DNA of 64,000 bases from Caulobacteraceae bacterium (GCA_947475875.1 CANJME010000014.1:12992-76991), one strand, 5' to 3'. Shown: positions 10,908 to 21,986, numbered from the stretch's first letter. Notes: generated by a model from the sequence alone, not told the origin. Numbers and translations are program-made.

Positions 10908-13061
10908 CTAGTTTTTGGCGGCGGCTCGCTCCAGGGCGCTCCGGACTATGCTTTCAGTCAGCATCTGCGGCAGGACCTGCGGCTCGCCGGTCGGCCCGTA
11001 CACCAGATAGAGCGGCACGCTCGCCCGGCCGTGTTCGGCCAGGGCTTTGGTGATGGCGTCATCGCGGCTGGTCCAATCGGCCACCAGATAGGCCGCATTG
11101 TTGTCGGCAAAGGCCCTGGCCATGCTCGCGCTGCTCAGCGAGGCCTTTTCGTTGACCTTGCAGGTAATGCACCAGTCGGCGGTGAAGTCGACGAACACAA
11201 CCCGTCCCTCGGCGCGCAAGGCCGCGACCTTGTCGGCGCTCCAGACTTCGTGGGGGATCGTGCCCGTTTGTGAGGTTTCCGCTGTTGGCGCGGCGGCCGC
11301 GGTTTTGGCGACCGGCGCCAGCAGCAAAGCCGAGGCGATCAGGGCGAGCGGCAGCATCAGCTGCAGGACCCAGCGCCGCACCGGCGTAAATTGCCTTTGC
11401 CCCTGTCCGAACAACCAGGCCCCGAAGGCGGTGATCAGTCCGGCGATCAGCAGGACGCCCATGGCCAGGTGTCCCGCCTGGCCCGAGAACACCCAGGCCA
11501 GCCACACCGCCGCGCCGTACATCGGGAAGGCGAGCACGGTCTTGAAAATGTTCATCCAGGCGCCGGGTTTCGGGATCAGGCTGAGCAAGGGAGGCGCGAA
11601 GGCGAGCAGGGTGAAGGGCAGGGCGAATCCGAGGCCGAGGGCCGCGAAGACCGCCAGCGCCGTGACCGGCGGCTGGCCGAGCGCGTAGGCCAGCGCCGGG
11701 CCCATCAGCGGCGCGGTGCAGGGTGCGGCGACGACGACGGCCAGGGCGCCGGTGAAGAAGGCGCCGATCAGGCCGGAACGGCTGGCCAGGTCCTGTCCCG
11801 CGCCCTGAACTGACAGGCCGATCTCGAAGACGCCGGAGAGATCCAGCGCCACCAGCAGCATGAGCAGGGAGAGCGCAGCGACGACAGGCGGCGACTGCAA
11901 CTGGAAGCCCCAGCCCACTGCGGCGCCGGCCGCGCGGGCGGCCAGCAGGGCGCCGGCGAGCGCCAGGAAGGTGACGAGGCACCCGGCCAGGAAGGCCAGG
12001 CCCTGACGGCGGGCCGCCGCATGGTCGTGCTTGTGGCCGGCCAGCTGGGCGGCCTTCATCGACAGCACCGGGAAAACGCAAGGCATCAGGTTGAGGATCA
12101 GGCCTCCGGCCAGGGCCGCCAGCAGCTTCAGCACCAGATTGAGCGGTCCACCCGCCTCTTTCGGCGCTTCGGCGCTCTCGTGCTGGATCATGTAGGGCGG
12201 CAAGGTTCCGGCGCCCGCCGCGCCGGGCACGGGGGGGCCCTCTTTGGCCGATATCTCGAAGGTCCGGTCGCCCAGGGACAGCACGCCCGCCACCGGGCCA
12301 GGCTTGCGGTTTGCCGCCGGCGTCAGGGTCAGGGTCAGCCCGTCGGGTCCACGCTCAATGGCCTGGGGCGCCGGATAGCTGAGGCCGGCGTCTTCGTAGA
12401 AGTAGAAATAGGCCTTGCTGACATCCAGACCCTTCAGGCCGCCGCCCGCGGCGCTGAGCTTCAGGGTCGCGCCATTGGTGGTTAATGACACGGGGAAATC
12501 GGCGGGCGGCGGCACGCGGGCCAGAGCCGCTGCAATCGCGGCGCTGCCGGCCGGATCGACCTTCGGGGCCGCGCCCGCGACCGTCAGTGTGATGGCCAGG
12601 TCAGCCTGGCCGGGAATGCACTGGTCGGCGCAGACCTGATAGTCGACGTGGGCCTTGAGCTCGGCCGTATCGCCGGCCCTGGCCGATTTCGGCGCGGTGA
12701 TCGCCACCGGCAGCACGACCTCGTTCAGGTAGCCGTAGTTCATGAACCCCGCCAGCGGCAGCTGGGTGGGCGCAGGCCAGTTGATCGGCCCGGCCGTCCA
12801 GCCAGGCGGCAGGGTCCACTTGATGTCTGTCGGCTCGCCGACCTCGGCGCTTATCCAGTAGGTATGCCAGTCCGGATCCATCTTCTCGCGCAGGGCGACA
12901 TGGACGGGCGTGCCAGCCACCGCTTCGCCCTGGCTGATAAGCTCGAGCGAGATGTGGCTCTGCTGGACCGGCTCGGCCTTCGACAGCACGGGCGCGGCCA
13001 GGATCGCCGCAAGCAGCACGAGTGCGCGCCAGGCGCCTTTGGAAGCAGTCGAAAAAGGCAT
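10908..13061 (-). CDS. Thiol:disulfide interchange protein, DsbD/ScsB family
   Basis: Signal peptide and N-terminal periplasmic domain. Multi-TM core with MPCVFPVLS and AAPCTAPLMGP cysteines. C-terminal thioredoxin fold with WCITCK. Confidence 0.9.
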   Translation of the reverse strand: MPFSTASKGAWRALVLLAAILAAPVLSKAEPVQQSHISLELISQGEAVAGTPVHVALREKMDPDWHTYWISAEVGEPTDIKWTLPPGWTAGPINWPAPTQLPLAGFMNYGYLNEVVLPVAITAPKSARAGDTAELKAHVDYQVCADQCIPGQADLAITLTVAGAAPKVDPAGSAAIAAALARVPPPADFPVSLTTNGATLKLSAAGGGLKGLDVSKAYFYFYEDAGLSYPAPQAIERGPDGLTLTLTPAANRKPGPVAGVLSLGDRTFEISAKEGPPVPGAAGAGTLPPYMIQHESAEAPKEAGGPLNLVLKLLAALAGGLILNLMPCVFPVLSMKAAQLAGHKHDHAAARRQGLAFLAGCLVTFLALAGALLAARAAGAAVGWGFQLQSPPVVAALSLLMLLVALDLSGVFEIGLSVQGAGQDLASRSGLIGAFFTGALAVVVAAPCTAPLMGPALAYALGQPPVTALAVFAALGLGFALPFTLLAFAPPLLSLIPKPGAWMNIFKTVLAFPMYGAAVWLAWVFSGQAGHLAMGVLLIAGLITAFGAWLFGQGQRQFTPVRRWVLQLMLPLALIASALLLAPVAKTAAAAPTAETSQTGTIPHEVWSADKVAALRAEGRVVFVDFTADWCITCKVNEKASLSSASMARAFADNNAAYLVADWTSRDDAITKALAEHGRASVPLYLVYGPTGEPQVLPQMLTESIVRSALERAAAKN

Positions 13062-13113
13062 GGCCTTGCTATAAGCTCGCGCGGTTCAGGTTGCAAAATG
13101 GGACTTTGGCGTC

Positions 13114-13518
13114 TTGCCCGACTATTTTGACGAAATCTCGGTCGGCCAGGTGGTCTCTCTCGGCCACGCCGCGGTCGATGAGCCGACCGCCCAGGCCTTC
13201 ATCGACGCCTTCGCGCCCGACTGGGACCTTTCAAGGGGGCTGCCCGATCCGCTGATCTATGTGATCTGGCAAAAGCTGGATTCCCACACCACCGCCGACT
13301 GGCCGCAGACCAAGAGGGTGGCGACGGACGCTCTGCGCTTTGCCCGCAACCCCGGGCCGGGCGAATTGCTGAGGGGCCGGATGACCGTGCTGGGCAAGGA
13401 CCAGGTCGGCGAGACCAAGGGCATTGTCCTGGCTCAGCACGACCTGTTGGACGAGGCCGGACGGCTGGTGTTTTCCTGCCTGACCCGCAGCGTTTTCGCG
13501 TGCCGGAGCGTGCCCTAG
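13114..13518 (+). CDS. MaoC-like / hotdog-fold protein (tentative)
   Basis: The N-terminal YFDEISVGQ resembles the MaoC dehydratase start. Size is ~134 aa. TTG start. Confidence 0.5.
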   Translation: MPDYFDEISVGQVVSLGHAAVDEPTAQAFIDAFAPDWDLSRGLPDPLIYVIWQKLDSHTTADWPQTKRVATDALRFARNPGPGELLRGRMTVLGKDQVGETKGIVLAQHDLLDEAGRLVFSCLTRSVFACRSVP

Positions 13519-14327
13519 CCGTTAGCCGGCATGGGGTTGTTCACCAGTGAGGCCTCAAACTCGCGACGCAGCGAGCGGGCTACGATGCGGTCCCACTGCA
13601 GCTGCGAGGCCCAGTGGGCGAAGATGGCCGACAGAACGCCCTGGTCGCGGAGCTGGATATAGGTTTCGACCGGCAGATCGTTGAGTTTCTCGCTATCTAT
13701 CGCGTAGTAGCCGGCGACCTCGACCTGCTCGGTTCCCAGACCCATTTCCGGGGTGGGGGTGTATTTGGCGGTGCGGAAGTCGAACAGATCCAGTTCCTTG
13801 AGCCGGTCGACGAACTGAATGGTCATCAGCCGCTCGTTTTCATAGGCCTGGCAGAAGCTGATGCAGTTGTTGGTGTATTCGGTGGGCAAGCCGTTCTCGT
13901 AGAAGGGTTTGGCGGGGTTTTCGCCAACCATGTCGGCGGCCCGGTCGATGCAGATGACCGCCGAGTTTTCGCCCTCGATCGAGGAGGCGGCGACGACAAA
14001 GGGATAGCGGCGCAGATAGGCGGGAATATAGACCTCGCCCCGGCCCATGGCGTCCGGCACAAACAGGTTGCCGCCCTTCTTAAGGCCCATGACGGCCAGC
14101 GGCGCCTTTTCATCGCCGGCGAAGATCACCGGATAGCTGCCGGAGGCGGCCACGAACTCGCTGATCAGCAGCGGCACGAAATGGCTGCCGGCGGCAAAGG
14201 CGAAGGGAACGCCGCCCTGCAGCAGGCCCAGCGACCCATGGTCGATCGGATTCAGCGGCTCGGGCTGGCGATAGAGCGGCGCGCCGCCGGTCAGTTCGGG
14301 GATGCCAGACCGGTCTTGGGATTCCAT
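13515..14327 (-). CDS. SapC family protein
   Basis: The whole-length pattern (PLNPIDHGSLGL, YPVIFAG, LAVMGL, YIPAYLRRYPF) matches my recollection of the SapC family (PF07277). Confidence 0.7.
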   Translation of the reverse strand: MESQDRSGIPELTGGAPLYRQPEPLNPIDHGSLGLLQGGVPFAFAAGSHFVPLLISEFVAASGSYPVIFAGDEKAPLAVMGLKKGGNLFVPDAMGRGEVYIPAYLRRYPFVVAASSIEGENSAVICIDRAADMVGENPAKPFYENGLPTEYTNNCISFCQAYENERLMTIQFVDRLKELDLFDFRTAKYTPTPEMGLGTEQVEVAGYYAIDSEKLNDLPVETYIQLRDQGVLSAIFAHWASQLQWDRIVARSLRREFEASLVNNPMPANG

Positions 14328-14405
14328 GGTCGAACTCTAGCCTGTTGAAACTTCAAGGATCGGGGCTTCTAGCCGATAGGGGTCGGGGCCGCAAATCCCG
14401 GAAGA

Positions 14406-14936
14406 TCAGCGGCGAGCCCGCCATTCGTCGCGGGTCTGGCCCCAGATTTCGACCTCCCACGCATCGACCGGCGGCGGCATCTTTCCCGGCCCCCGGTTTT
14501 TGGCGCCCAGGCGCGTGGCCACGGCCTGGGAGGCGACGTTTTCGGGCCCGATGGTGTGGATCACATCTTCCCATCCCAGGTGGTCGAAGGCCCAGTCGAT
14601 GGCCGCCGCCGCCCCCTCGGTCGCATAGCCCTTGCCGCGCGCGTGCCCGTTCAGGCCCCAGCCCACCTCATCGCCCGGCCAGCCGAGAGGCCGCCACGGC
14701 CCCAGCCGGCCGATCCATTGGCCGGTATCGCGCTCGATGACCGAGAACATGGAAAAGCCGTTCAGCGTCCAGGCCCCGATGATCGCCGCCCACGACCGCC
14801 AGGCGACCTCCGGAACCATGGGCCCGCCGATGAAGCGGGTGGACTCGTGCGCCATCATCTCCACGAAGGCCGGGAAATCCTCCGCCGCAGGCGGGCGGAG
14901 GATCAGGCGCGCGGTGGTGAGGGTGGGACCGATCAT
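14406..14936 (-). CDS. GNAT family N-acetyltransferase (RimJ/RimL-like)
   Basis: [18 protein letters not shown]-terminus and a [11 protein letters not shown] acetyl-CoA loop. ATGA overlap with the thrS stop. Confidence 0.85.
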   Translation of the reverse strand: MIGPTLTTARLILRPPAAEDFPAFVEMMAHESTRFIGGPMVPEVAWRSWAAIIGAWTLNGFSMFSVIERDTGQWIGRLGPWRPLGWPGDEVGWGLNGHARGKGYATEGAAAAIDWAFDHLGWEDVIHTIGPENVASQAVATRLGAKNRGPGKMPPPVDAWEVEIWGQTRDEWRARR

Positions 14937-16864
14937 TGCAGGTCGGGCGGCAACGCTTCGGTCGCGATCAGTTTTGCCGCCTCTTCAAGCGACAGGATCG
15001 TCTGGTCGTTGGAGCCAAGGCGGCGCAGGGCGACGGTGTTCTCCTCGGCCTCGCGGCGGCCAACCACGGCGATGATCGGGACCTTGGCGAGCGAATGTTC
15101 GCGCACCTTGTAGCCGACTTTTTCGTTGCGCAGGTCCGCCTCGGCTCTTAGGCCCGCCTTCTTCAGGGCCGCGACGGCCTTGACCGCATACGCGTCGGCG
15201 TCCTGGGTGATGGTGGCGACCACAACCTGCGTCGGCGTCAGCCACAGCGGCAGGGCCCCGGCATAGTGCTCGATCAGCACGCCCGTGAACCGCTCCAGCG
15301 AGCCGAGGATGGCCCGGTGCAGCATCACCGGCCGGTGCTTCATGCCGTCCTCGGCGATGTAGGAGGCGTCCAGCCGTTCGGGCAGCACGTAGTCGAGCTG
15401 CAGGGTGCCGCACTGCCAGGTGCGCCCGATGGCGTCGCGCAGGTGGAACTCCAGCTTCGGTCCATAGAAGGCGCCCTCGTTCGGAATGCGCTCAACCTCG
15501 ACGCCGGCGGCGTTGGCGGCTCGTTCAAGCGTGTCCTCGGCGATGGTCCAGTTCTCGTCGGCGCCAAAGCGCAGGTCGGGCCGCAAAGCCAGCTTCACCG
15601 AGTGCAGTTCGACGCCCAGGTCGTCGTACACGACCCGAAGCATTTCGATGAAGGCGCGGGACTCTTCCTCGATCTGGTCCTCGCGGCAGAAAACGTGGGC
15701 GTCGTCCTGGGCGAGCTGGCGCACGCGGAGCAGACCGTGCAGGCCGCCCGAGCCCTCGTTCCTGTGCAGGCCCTCGAATTCGGCCAGACGGATGGGCAGG
15801 TCGCGATAGGACTTCTGGCCGTGGTTGAAGATCTGCACGTGGCCAGGGCAGTTCATCGGCTTGATGGCGAAGACCCCGTCCTCGGTCTCGCAGGTGAACA
15901 TGCTGGCGTGGAATTTCTCCCAGTGGCCCGAGCGCTCCCAGAGCGAGCGGTCCAGCACCTGGGGCGTCTTGACCTCTTCATAGCCGCCCGCCTCCATCCG
16001 CCGGCGGACGTAATTCTGCAGGGTGCGGTAAAGCGTCCAGCCCTTGGGGTGCCAGAACACCATGCCCTTGCCCTCTTCCTGGATGTGGAAGAGATCCATG
16101 AGGGCGCCCAGCTTGCGGTGGTCGCGCTTCTCGGCTTCCTCGAGGCGCGTCAGGTAGGCCTCAAGGTCGGCTTCCGAGGCCCAGGCCGTGCCGTAGATGC
16201 GCTGCAGCTGGGCGTTGCGATGATCGCCCCGCCAGTAGGCGCCGGCCAGTTTCGTCAGTTTGAACGCCTTGCCCACGGGCCTGGTCGAGGGAAAGTGCGG
16301 GCCGAGGCACAGGTCCTTCCACGGCCCCTGGTGATAGACGCTGATCGGCGCGGTGGCCGGCAGGTCGGCGATGATCTCGGCCTTGTAGGCCTCACCCATA
16401 GCCTTGAAGTCGGCGATGGCGGCGTCGCGGTCCACCTCTTCGCGCGTCAGTTTTTCGTCGCGGTCGACGATCTCCTTCATCCGCGCTTCGATGGCCGGCA
16501 GATCGTCGAGCGAGAACGGCTCGTCGCGCGCGAAGTCGTAATAAAAGCCTTCGTCGATAGCCGGGCCGATGGTGACTTGTGTGCCGGGGAACAGCTCCTG
16601 CACCGCCTGGGCCATGATGTGGGATACATCGTGACGCAGGGTGTCGAGCGACGCGGGATCGTCCCGCGTCAGGAATTCGATGCGGCCCTCGCCCTTGATC
16701 AGGGCCGGCGTGATCGGGCGGTCGAGGTCGATGAGCTCGCCGTCGAGGCGCACCAGAACCGTGCGCTTGACGAGACTCGGGGAAATGGCGGCGGCAATAT
16801 CCCGTCCGCTCGTTCCGGGTTCATACTGTCGGACGGATCCGTCCGGGAATTTGAGATCGATCAT
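14933..16864 (-). CDS. thrS: Threonine--tRNA ligase
   Basis: TGS domain start [14 protein letters not shown] and a class II core. ATG at 16864 overlaps the yidD stop (ATGA). The ORF-track start at 17050 is too long. Confidence 0.95.
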   Translation of the reverse strand: MIDLKFPDGSVRQYEPGTSGRDIAAAISPSLVKRTVLVRLDGELIDLDRPITPALIKGEGRIEFLTRDDPASLDTLRHDVSHIMAQAVQELFPGTQVTIGPAIDEGFYYDFARDEPFSLDDLPAIEARMKEIVDRDEKLTREEVDRDAAIADFKAMGEAYKAEIIADLPATAPISVYHQGPWKDLCLGPHFPSTRPVGKAFKLTKLAGAYWRGDHRNAQLQRIYGTAWASEADLEAYLTRLEEAEKRDHRKLGALMDLFHIQEEGKGMVFWHPKGWTLYRTLQNYVRRRMEAGGYEEVKTPQVLDRSLWERSGHWEKFHASMFTCETEDGVFAIKPMNCPGHVQIFNHGQKSYRDLPIRLAEFEGLHRNEGSGGLHGLLRVRQLAQDDAHVFCREDQIEEESRAFIEMLRVVYDDLGVELHSVKLALRPDLRFGADENWTIAEDTLERAANAAGVEVERIPNEGAFYGPKLEFHLRDAIGRTWQCGTLQLDYVLPERLDASYIAEDGMKHRPVMLHRAILGSLERFTGVLIEHYAGALPLWLTPTQVVVATITQDADAYAVKAVAALKKAGLRAEADLRNEKVGYKVREHSLAKVPIIAVVGRREAEENTVALRRLGSNDQTILSLEEAAKLIATEALPPDLQ

Positions 16865-17094
16865 GATTTGGTCTTCCGGGGCGGTACGGGATCGTATCCC
16901 GAACCGCCAAGAGGATTGCAACGGCACACGCGCCGGATCGACAGATATGTTCCGCGAACCGGCCCGTGCTCGATCAGGGCCTGGGCCGCATATTCCGAAC
17001 AGCTCGGCGCAAAGCGGCACTGGCGCCCGATCAGGGGCGAGAGCGTCCATTTGTAGGCCTTCAGTAGCCCGCGGACGCAGCGTTCGTAGATCAT
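16861..17094 (-). CDS. yidD: Membrane protein insertion efficiency factor YidD
   Basis: 77-aa product. [23 protein letters not shown] ... [18 protein letters not shown] is the YidD signature. Confidence 0.9.
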   Translation of the reverse strand: MIYERCVRGLLKAYKWTLSPLIGRQCRFAPSCSEYAAQALIEHGPVRGTYLSIRRVCRCNPLGGSGYDPVPPRKTKS

Positions 17095-17116
17095 GCCGGG
17101 ATGCGGATAGACGCCT

Positions 17117-17566
17117 CTAGCCCGCACCGGCGGCGCTAGTTCGTGTCGCGGCCAGGCGCAGGGCTTCGCTGGCCGCCTCGAAGGCCAACATGGTCGAGGC
17201 GTGCCTCGGCGCGTAATCCTTGACGGGCTCGAGCATGGCGAGGTCCGAAAATCTTCCCTGGGGCGGGGGTCCGCCGGTCTTGAGCATAGCATAGAGGGCG
17301 TCACGCGCCGCGTCGACCTCGGCGGGCGTTGCGCCCAAGATGTTCTCGCCCAGCACCGCCGCCGAGGCCTGGCCCAGCGCACAGGCTTTCACTTCCTGGG
17401 CAAAGTCGCTGACCTTGCCGTTCTCGACCGCGACGTCCACCAGCACCCGGCTGCCGCAGAGCTTGGCGACTTTTTCGGCGCTGCCCATCGGCGCGTTCAG
17501 CCTGCCGGCGCGCGGCATGTTGGCCGCGGCCTTGAGGATCCTGGCCGTGTAGAGATCGTCGAGCAT
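17117..17566 (-). CDS. IscU/SufU-like Fe-S cluster scaffold homologue (NifU N-terminal domain family)
   Basis: Aligns to IscU/SufU. KLCGSRV matches the first Cys and KACALGQAS the second. The third position reads RHAST, where IscU has IHCS. ATG at 17566 (MLDDLY) is preferred. Confidence 0.7.
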   Translation of the reverse strand: MLDDLYTARILKAAANMPRAGRLNAPMGSAEKVAKLCGSRVLVDVAVENGKVSDFAQEVKACALGQASAAVLGENILGATPAEVDAARDALYAMLKTGGPPPQGRFSDLAMLEPVKDYAPRHASTMLAFEAASEALRLAATRTSAAGAG

Positions 17567-17580
17567 CCAAACTTCCGACT

Positions 17581-17660
17581 GTCCCCGCGAAGGCGGGGAT
17601 CCAACAATTCGCGCCGTCACCCATCAAACGAGCATATGGGTCCCCGCCTTCGCGGGGATG
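17581..17660. repeat. Pair of REP-like palindromic hairpins (CCCCGC-N4-GCGGGG) in an intergenic spacer
   Basis: gtCCCCGCgaagGCGGGGat at 17581-17600 and gtCCCCGCcttcGCGGGGat at 17640-17659. Stems are identical, loops are reverse complements, and the two are ~40 nt apart. Confidence 0.6.
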
Positions 17661-17675
17661 AGCGGTATATAATGG

Positions 17676-18194
17676 CTAGCGCCGCTCGTTAAACATCGCT
17701 TCGGCGCGTTCCTTGAGCGCCTCGTTGAAAGACAGGAACCCGCGCTTCATGGCGCTGCGGCGTTTTTCGACGAAGAGGTCGCCCAGAAAGCCGCCGAACA
17801 CCTCGCCGTTCGAGACAATGCACGAGCCCTTGTCGAGGCTGTCGATCTCGATGAACCGCTGGCTGGTCACCCAGCCGCGCCAGGCGACATCGGACCAGAG
17901 AATCTGTTCGTGCGGCACCCAGTCGAGCACCCGGGGCGCGATCCTGCGCGGCGCAAGGTCGGGCAAGGTCAGGGTCAGGGCAAGGCGGTTGCCGATGCGA
18001 AGTTCGCCTTCGGCCTCAGGATAGATCGGACACCAGTGACGCCAGGACGAGAGGTCTGAAAGAATCTCCCACAGCACATCCGACGAGGCCTGCACGCCGA
18101 TGCGGTTCTCGATCTTGATGGGCGGCGCGGGGCCCTTCTGGGCGCCCTTGGAGCCGCCGCTCTGGCTGGTCATCAGTCGGGGGCCAAGGCCCAT
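17676..18194 (-). CDS. SRPBCC (START/polyketide-cyclase-like) family protein
   Basis: Size and pattern (VLWEILSDLSSWRHWCP, RIAPRVLDWVP) fit SRPBCC ligand-binding proteins. Call is tentative. Confidence 0.55.
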   Translation of the reverse strand: MGLGPRLMTSQSGGSKGAQKGPAPPIKIENRIGVQASSDVLWEILSDLSSWRHWCPIYPEAEGELRIGNRLALTLTLPDLAPRRIAPRVLDWVPHEQILWSDVAWRGWVTSQRFIEIDSLDKGSCIVSNGEVFGGFLGDLFVEKRRSAMKRGFLSFNEALKERAEAMFNERR

Positions 18195-18197
18195 GGT

Positions 18198-19613
18198 CTA
18201 GTCCTTCATCCGCCAGGTGGCGCCGGTGGGGCCATCCATCACCACCACGCCCAGGGCGTCAAGTTCGGCGCGGATGCGGTCGGCGGTAGCGAAGTCCTTG
18301 GAATTGCGCGCGGCCAGGCGCTCGGCCAGCAGGGCCTCGACGCGGACTTTCATCTCCTCGCCGGCCGCGCCTTCGAACCAGGCGACCGGCTCGGTCTGCA
18401 ACAGGCCGATCAGCTCGCCCGCGAACAGCAGGTTGGCCCGCCACTCCAGCGTCGCCGGCCTGTTGCCCGCCGCCACCGCGCTGCGCAGGCCCCGCCCCAG
18501 CGCCGACAGCTCGCGCATGGCGCCCGGCGTATTCAGATCGTCCTCCAGCGCCGCCTTGAAGTGGGCCAGGTGACCCTCGGCGTCGGCGTCCGGCGCCAGG
18601 GTTTCGCCGTCGACCAGGGCGGCGGCGTCGCGCAGCACCTGATAGAGGCCGTCGAGGGTTTCCTTCGACTGGCGCAGCAGGCTTTCCGTCCAGTCCAGCG
18701 GCTGACGGTAATGGGCCGAAAGCAACGCCCAGCGCAGCACCTCGCCGGGGATGCCCGAATCCAGCAGGTCATGTGGGCGCACCACATTGCCCAGCGATTT
18801 GCTCATCTTCTCGCCGGAGAAATCCAGGAAGCCGTTGTGCATCCAATAGCGGGCGTATTCGCCGCCGCCGTGCGCGCAGACGCCCTGGGCCAGCTCGTTC
18901 TCATGGTGGGGGAACACCAGGTCGATGCCGCCGCCGTGGATGTCGATCGGCAGGCCCAGCACCGCCTCGATCATCGCCGAGCATTCGATGTGCCAGCCGG
19001 GACGCCCCGGACCATAGGGGCTCTCCCACACCGGCTCGCCCGGTTTCGACGGTTTCCACAACACAAAGTCTGCGGGGTTTTTCTTGTAGGGCGCGACCTC
19101 GACCCGGGCTCCGGCGATCATGTCGTCGAGGTCGCGGCCCGACAGCTTGCCATAAGCGGCATAGGCGGCGGTGTCGAAGAGGACATGGCCGTCGGCGGCA
19201 TAGGCGTGGCCGCGGTCTACCAGGGCGGTGATCTGGAGCAGCATCTCGGCGATGTGGGCGGTGGCGCGAGGCTGGAACGTAGGCGTCAGCGCGCCAAGCG
19301 CAGCCATCTGCTCCTCATAATAGGCGGTGAATCGCTGGGTGATGACGCTGATCTCGACCCCTTCGGCGGCGGCGGCGGCGTTTATCTTGTCGTCTACGTC
19401 GGTGATATTGCGGGCATAGATCACGGCTGCCTCGCCGTAGAGCAGGCGCAAGAGCCGGAACAGGGTGTCGAACACCACCACCGGCCGGGCGTTGCCGATA
19501 TGGACGTGATTGTAGACCGTCGGCCCACAGACATACATCGTCACCCGCGACGGATCGGTGGGAACGAAGGGCCGCTTTTCGCGGGCCATGGTGTCGTAAA
19601 TCTGCAGGGTCAT
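18198..19613 (-). CDS. cysS: Cysteine--tRNA ligase
   Basis: HIGN (HVHIGNARP) and KMSKS class I motifs. ATG at 19613 (MTLQIYDT) is preferred. Confidence 0.95.
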   Translation of the reverse strand: MTLQIYDTMAREKRPFVPTDPSRVTMYVCGPTVYNHVHIGNARPVVVFDTLFRLLRLLYGEAAVIYARNITDVDDKINAAAAAEGVEISVITQRFTAYYEEQMAALGALTPTFQPRATAHIAEMLLQITALVDRGHAYAADGHVLFDTAAYAAYGKLSGRDLDDMIAGARVEVAPYKKNPADFVLWKPSKPGEPVWESPYGPGRPGWHIECSAMIEAVLGLPIDIHGGGIDLVFPHHENELAQGVCAHGGGEYARYWMHNGFLDFSGEKMSKSLGNVVRPHDLLDSGIPGEVLRWALLSAHYRQPLDWTESLLRQSKETLDGLYQVLRDAAALVDGETLAPDADAEGHLAHFKAALEDDLNTPGAMRELSALGRGLRSAVAAGNRPATLEWRANLLFAGELIGLLQTEPVAWFEGAAGEEMKVRVEALLAERLAARNSKDFATADRIRAELDALGVVVMDGPTGATWRMKD

Positions 19614-19805
19614 CAGGTTTTCTAAACGAGCTTTACGTAAGGTGACGGTTGCCGAAGCGGGTATTTGTCCCATATAGCTTTTGTTGTCCGGGTAGCGACA
19701 GGCTTTAGCGGGTTACATAGGCCCCGACGGACATCTTGGGTGAACGCGTCATTCCGGAACCCTCGTTCCGGCGCAACTAGAGCCCGGAAAGACCCTGTAG
19801 CACCA

Positions 19806-20438
19806 ATGGATTCTGTCGTTCATGACCGTACCCCGGCCTCGGAAACCCGTGTCGAGTTTTCCGCTGTGAAGCGCCCGTCCCGCGAGGCGGCGATGGAAGC
19901 GGTGCGCACCCTGATCGCCTGGGCCGGCGATGACCCGACCCGCGAAGGCGTCATCGACACGCCCAAGCGCGTGGTCGAGGCCTATGACGAATGGTTCTCG
20001 GGCTACAAAGCCGACCCGCTGAAAGAGCTCTCCCGCACCTTCGAAGACGTGCAGGGCTATGACGACATCGTCATGCTGCGCGACATCGATGTGGAGAGCC
20101 ACTGCGAGCACCACATGGCTCCCTTCCTCGGCAAGGCTTACGTCGCCTATCTGCCGCGCGAAAAGGTGGTCGGTATTTCAAAGCTGGCCCGCGTGGTGGA
20201 AATCTTCTCCAAGCGCCTGCAGACGCAGGAAACCATGACCCGCCAGATCGCCGACGCGATCGAGGACGCGCTCGCCCCCGGCGGCGTCGCCGTGCTGATC
20301 GACGCCGAGCACCAGTGTATGACCACGCGCGGCGTGCACCACAAGCACGTCTCGACGATCACGACCCAGTTCACCGGCGCGTTCAAGGACGATCCGGAGC
20401 TGAAGCGGCGGTTTCTGGATTTCTGTAATCGGAAATAG
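19806..20438 (+). CDS. folE: GTP cyclohydrolase I
   Basis: [11 protein letters not shown] active-site motif and QERLT-like [12 protein letters not shown] at 19806. Confidence 0.9.
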   Translation: MDSVVHDRTPASETRVEFSAVKRPSREAAMEAVRTLIAWAGDDPTREGVIDTPKRVVEAYDEWFSGYKADPLKELSRTFEDVQGYDDIVMLRDIDVESHCEHHMAPFLGKAYVAYLPREKVVGISKLARVVEIFSKRLQTQETMTRQIADAIEDALAPGGVAVLIDAEHQCMTTRGVHHKHVSTITTQFTGAFKDDPELKRRFLDFCNRK

Positions 20439-20446
20439 TCGCGGCT

Positions 20447-21895
20447 CTAGACCCGGCTCACATGTAACGGCGGCATCCGCTCCGCCCAGGGCATGGCCTG
20501 TTCCAGCTGGCGGCCGAGCTGCAGGCAGATGTGATCCTGCGCCGAGTTGGAGATCAGCTGCACCCCGATCGGCAGGCCGTCTGACGTCATAGCGAGCGGC
20601 AGCGAGATGGCCGGGTTTCCCGTCAGGTTGTGCGGGATGGTGTACTGGGTGATCGGCGCGAAGACGCTTCTGCCGACGGTGTCGAAATCAACGCCCGGCC
20701 GTGACAGCGAATAGCGGCCAAACGGCTCGGCCGGGTTGGGCGTCACCGGTGTCAGCATCACATCATATTTCGTGAAAAACTGGCCCAGGGCGCGCCGGGC
20801 GGCGTTGCAGGCGGCCCAGGCGGCGGTGAAGCGGGCCGGCGTGATCTCGCCTGCCCGCTGATAGATCGACCAGATGGCGGGCTCAAGGGTGTCCGGGCCG
20901 GGCGTCTTGCCTGAGCGGGCGGCGTACTGATTGAGCCGGTTGTCGAAATCAAAAAAGAACAGGTCGCGCGTCACCGGGCCAAGGTCGACGCCGCCAGTGG
21001 AGATTTCGGTTTCTTCCACATGATGGCCGAGTTCGGCGAGTTTGCGGCCGGCGGCGCGGACAGCCTCGGCGGTCTCGGGGTGCGGGGCGATGCCATAGAC
21101 CCCGGCCATGGCGAGGCCGATCTTCAGCGGCTTTGGCGCTCGCTCGGCGAGCACGGCGTAGGGTTCGTCAGGCTTGGGGATGACGAAGGGATCGCCCGGA
21201 TAAGGGTGACAGATTTCGTCCAGCATGGCGGCGGCGTCGCGCATCGTCCTGGTCTGCACGAAATTGAGCGACCAGCCCCAGCCGTTCTCGTCGACCACGG
21301 GCCCCAGTGAGACCCGCATGCGTGAGGGCTTGAAACCGACGACGCCGCAGAGCGAAGCGGGAATACGGATCGAGCCGCCGATGTCGGACGAGTGAGCGAT
21401 GGGGACCACCCCCGCCGCCACCGCCGCCGAGGCCCCGCCAGACGATCCGCCCGCCGAATAGCCGCTCCGCCAAGGGTTGTGGCAGTCGGGATAAAGCGCG
21501 CCCTCGGTGGTCGCGGCCATGGAAAACTCCGGCGCGGCCGAGCGGCCGAGGTTGTTTACGCCGGCCTTCTTCAGCAGCATCCACAAATTGGTGTCGGCCG
21601 CGGCGACCATGCCTTCGCACAGGCGCGAGCCGAACTCGATCTTGCGGCCGGCTTCGTGTCCGAACACGTCCTTGATCAGAAAGGGCACGCCCCGGAACGG
21701 CCCGTCGCCCAGGGCGGCCTCATCCAGCTCCTCGATCCGGTCGGGATAGGTTTCCACCACCGAGGCCAGGTGCGGGTTGGAAAGCTCGATAGCCCGGGCG
21801 GCGATGAGCGCCAGTTCACGCGGGCTGACCTGTTTCTTGCGGACCAGTTCGGCCAGCCCCAGGGCGTCGAAACGCGCGTATTCGCCAAGGTCCAT
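20447..21895 (-). CDS. Amidase (amidase-signature family)
   Basis: GGSSGGASAAVAAG signature. ATG at 21895 is preceded by GGGAGAG. The ORF-track start is TTG. Confidence 0.85.
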   Translation of the reverse strand: MDLGEYARFDALGLAELVRKKQVSPRELALIAARAIELSNPHLASVVETYPDRIEELDEAALGDGPFRGVPFLIKDVFGHEAGRKIEFGSRLCEGMVAAADTNLWMLLKKAGVNNLGRSAAPEFSMAATTEGALYPDCHNPWRSGYSAGGSSGGASAAVAAGVVPIAHSSDIGGSIRIPASLCGVVGFKPSRMRVSLGPVVDENGWGWSLNFVQTRTMRDAAAMLDEICHPYPGDPFVIPKPDEPYAVLAERAPKPLKIGLAMAGVYGIAPHPETAEAVRAAGRKLAELGHHVEETEISTGGVDLGPVTRDLFFFDFDNRLNQYAARSGKTPGPDTLEPAIWSIYQRAGEITPARFTAAWAACNAARRALGQFFTKYDVMLTPVTPNPAEPFGRYSLSRPGVDFDTVGRSVFAPITQYTIPHNLTGNPAISLPLAMTSDGLPIGVQLISNSAQDHICLQLGRQLEQAMPWAERMPPLHVSRV

Positions 21896-21986
21896 GCTGT
21901 TCTCTCCCAATCCCCGCGCCTAGTGTTAGGCACTGGACCGGGCCGGGGAAAGCCCCATGCTCGCCAGCCGCACTGCAACCGGCTAA

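Noticed and set aside
15266-17056. 596-aa plus-strand ORF
   Set aside because: It lies antisense to thrS and has no recognisable motifs. High-GC antisense artefact.
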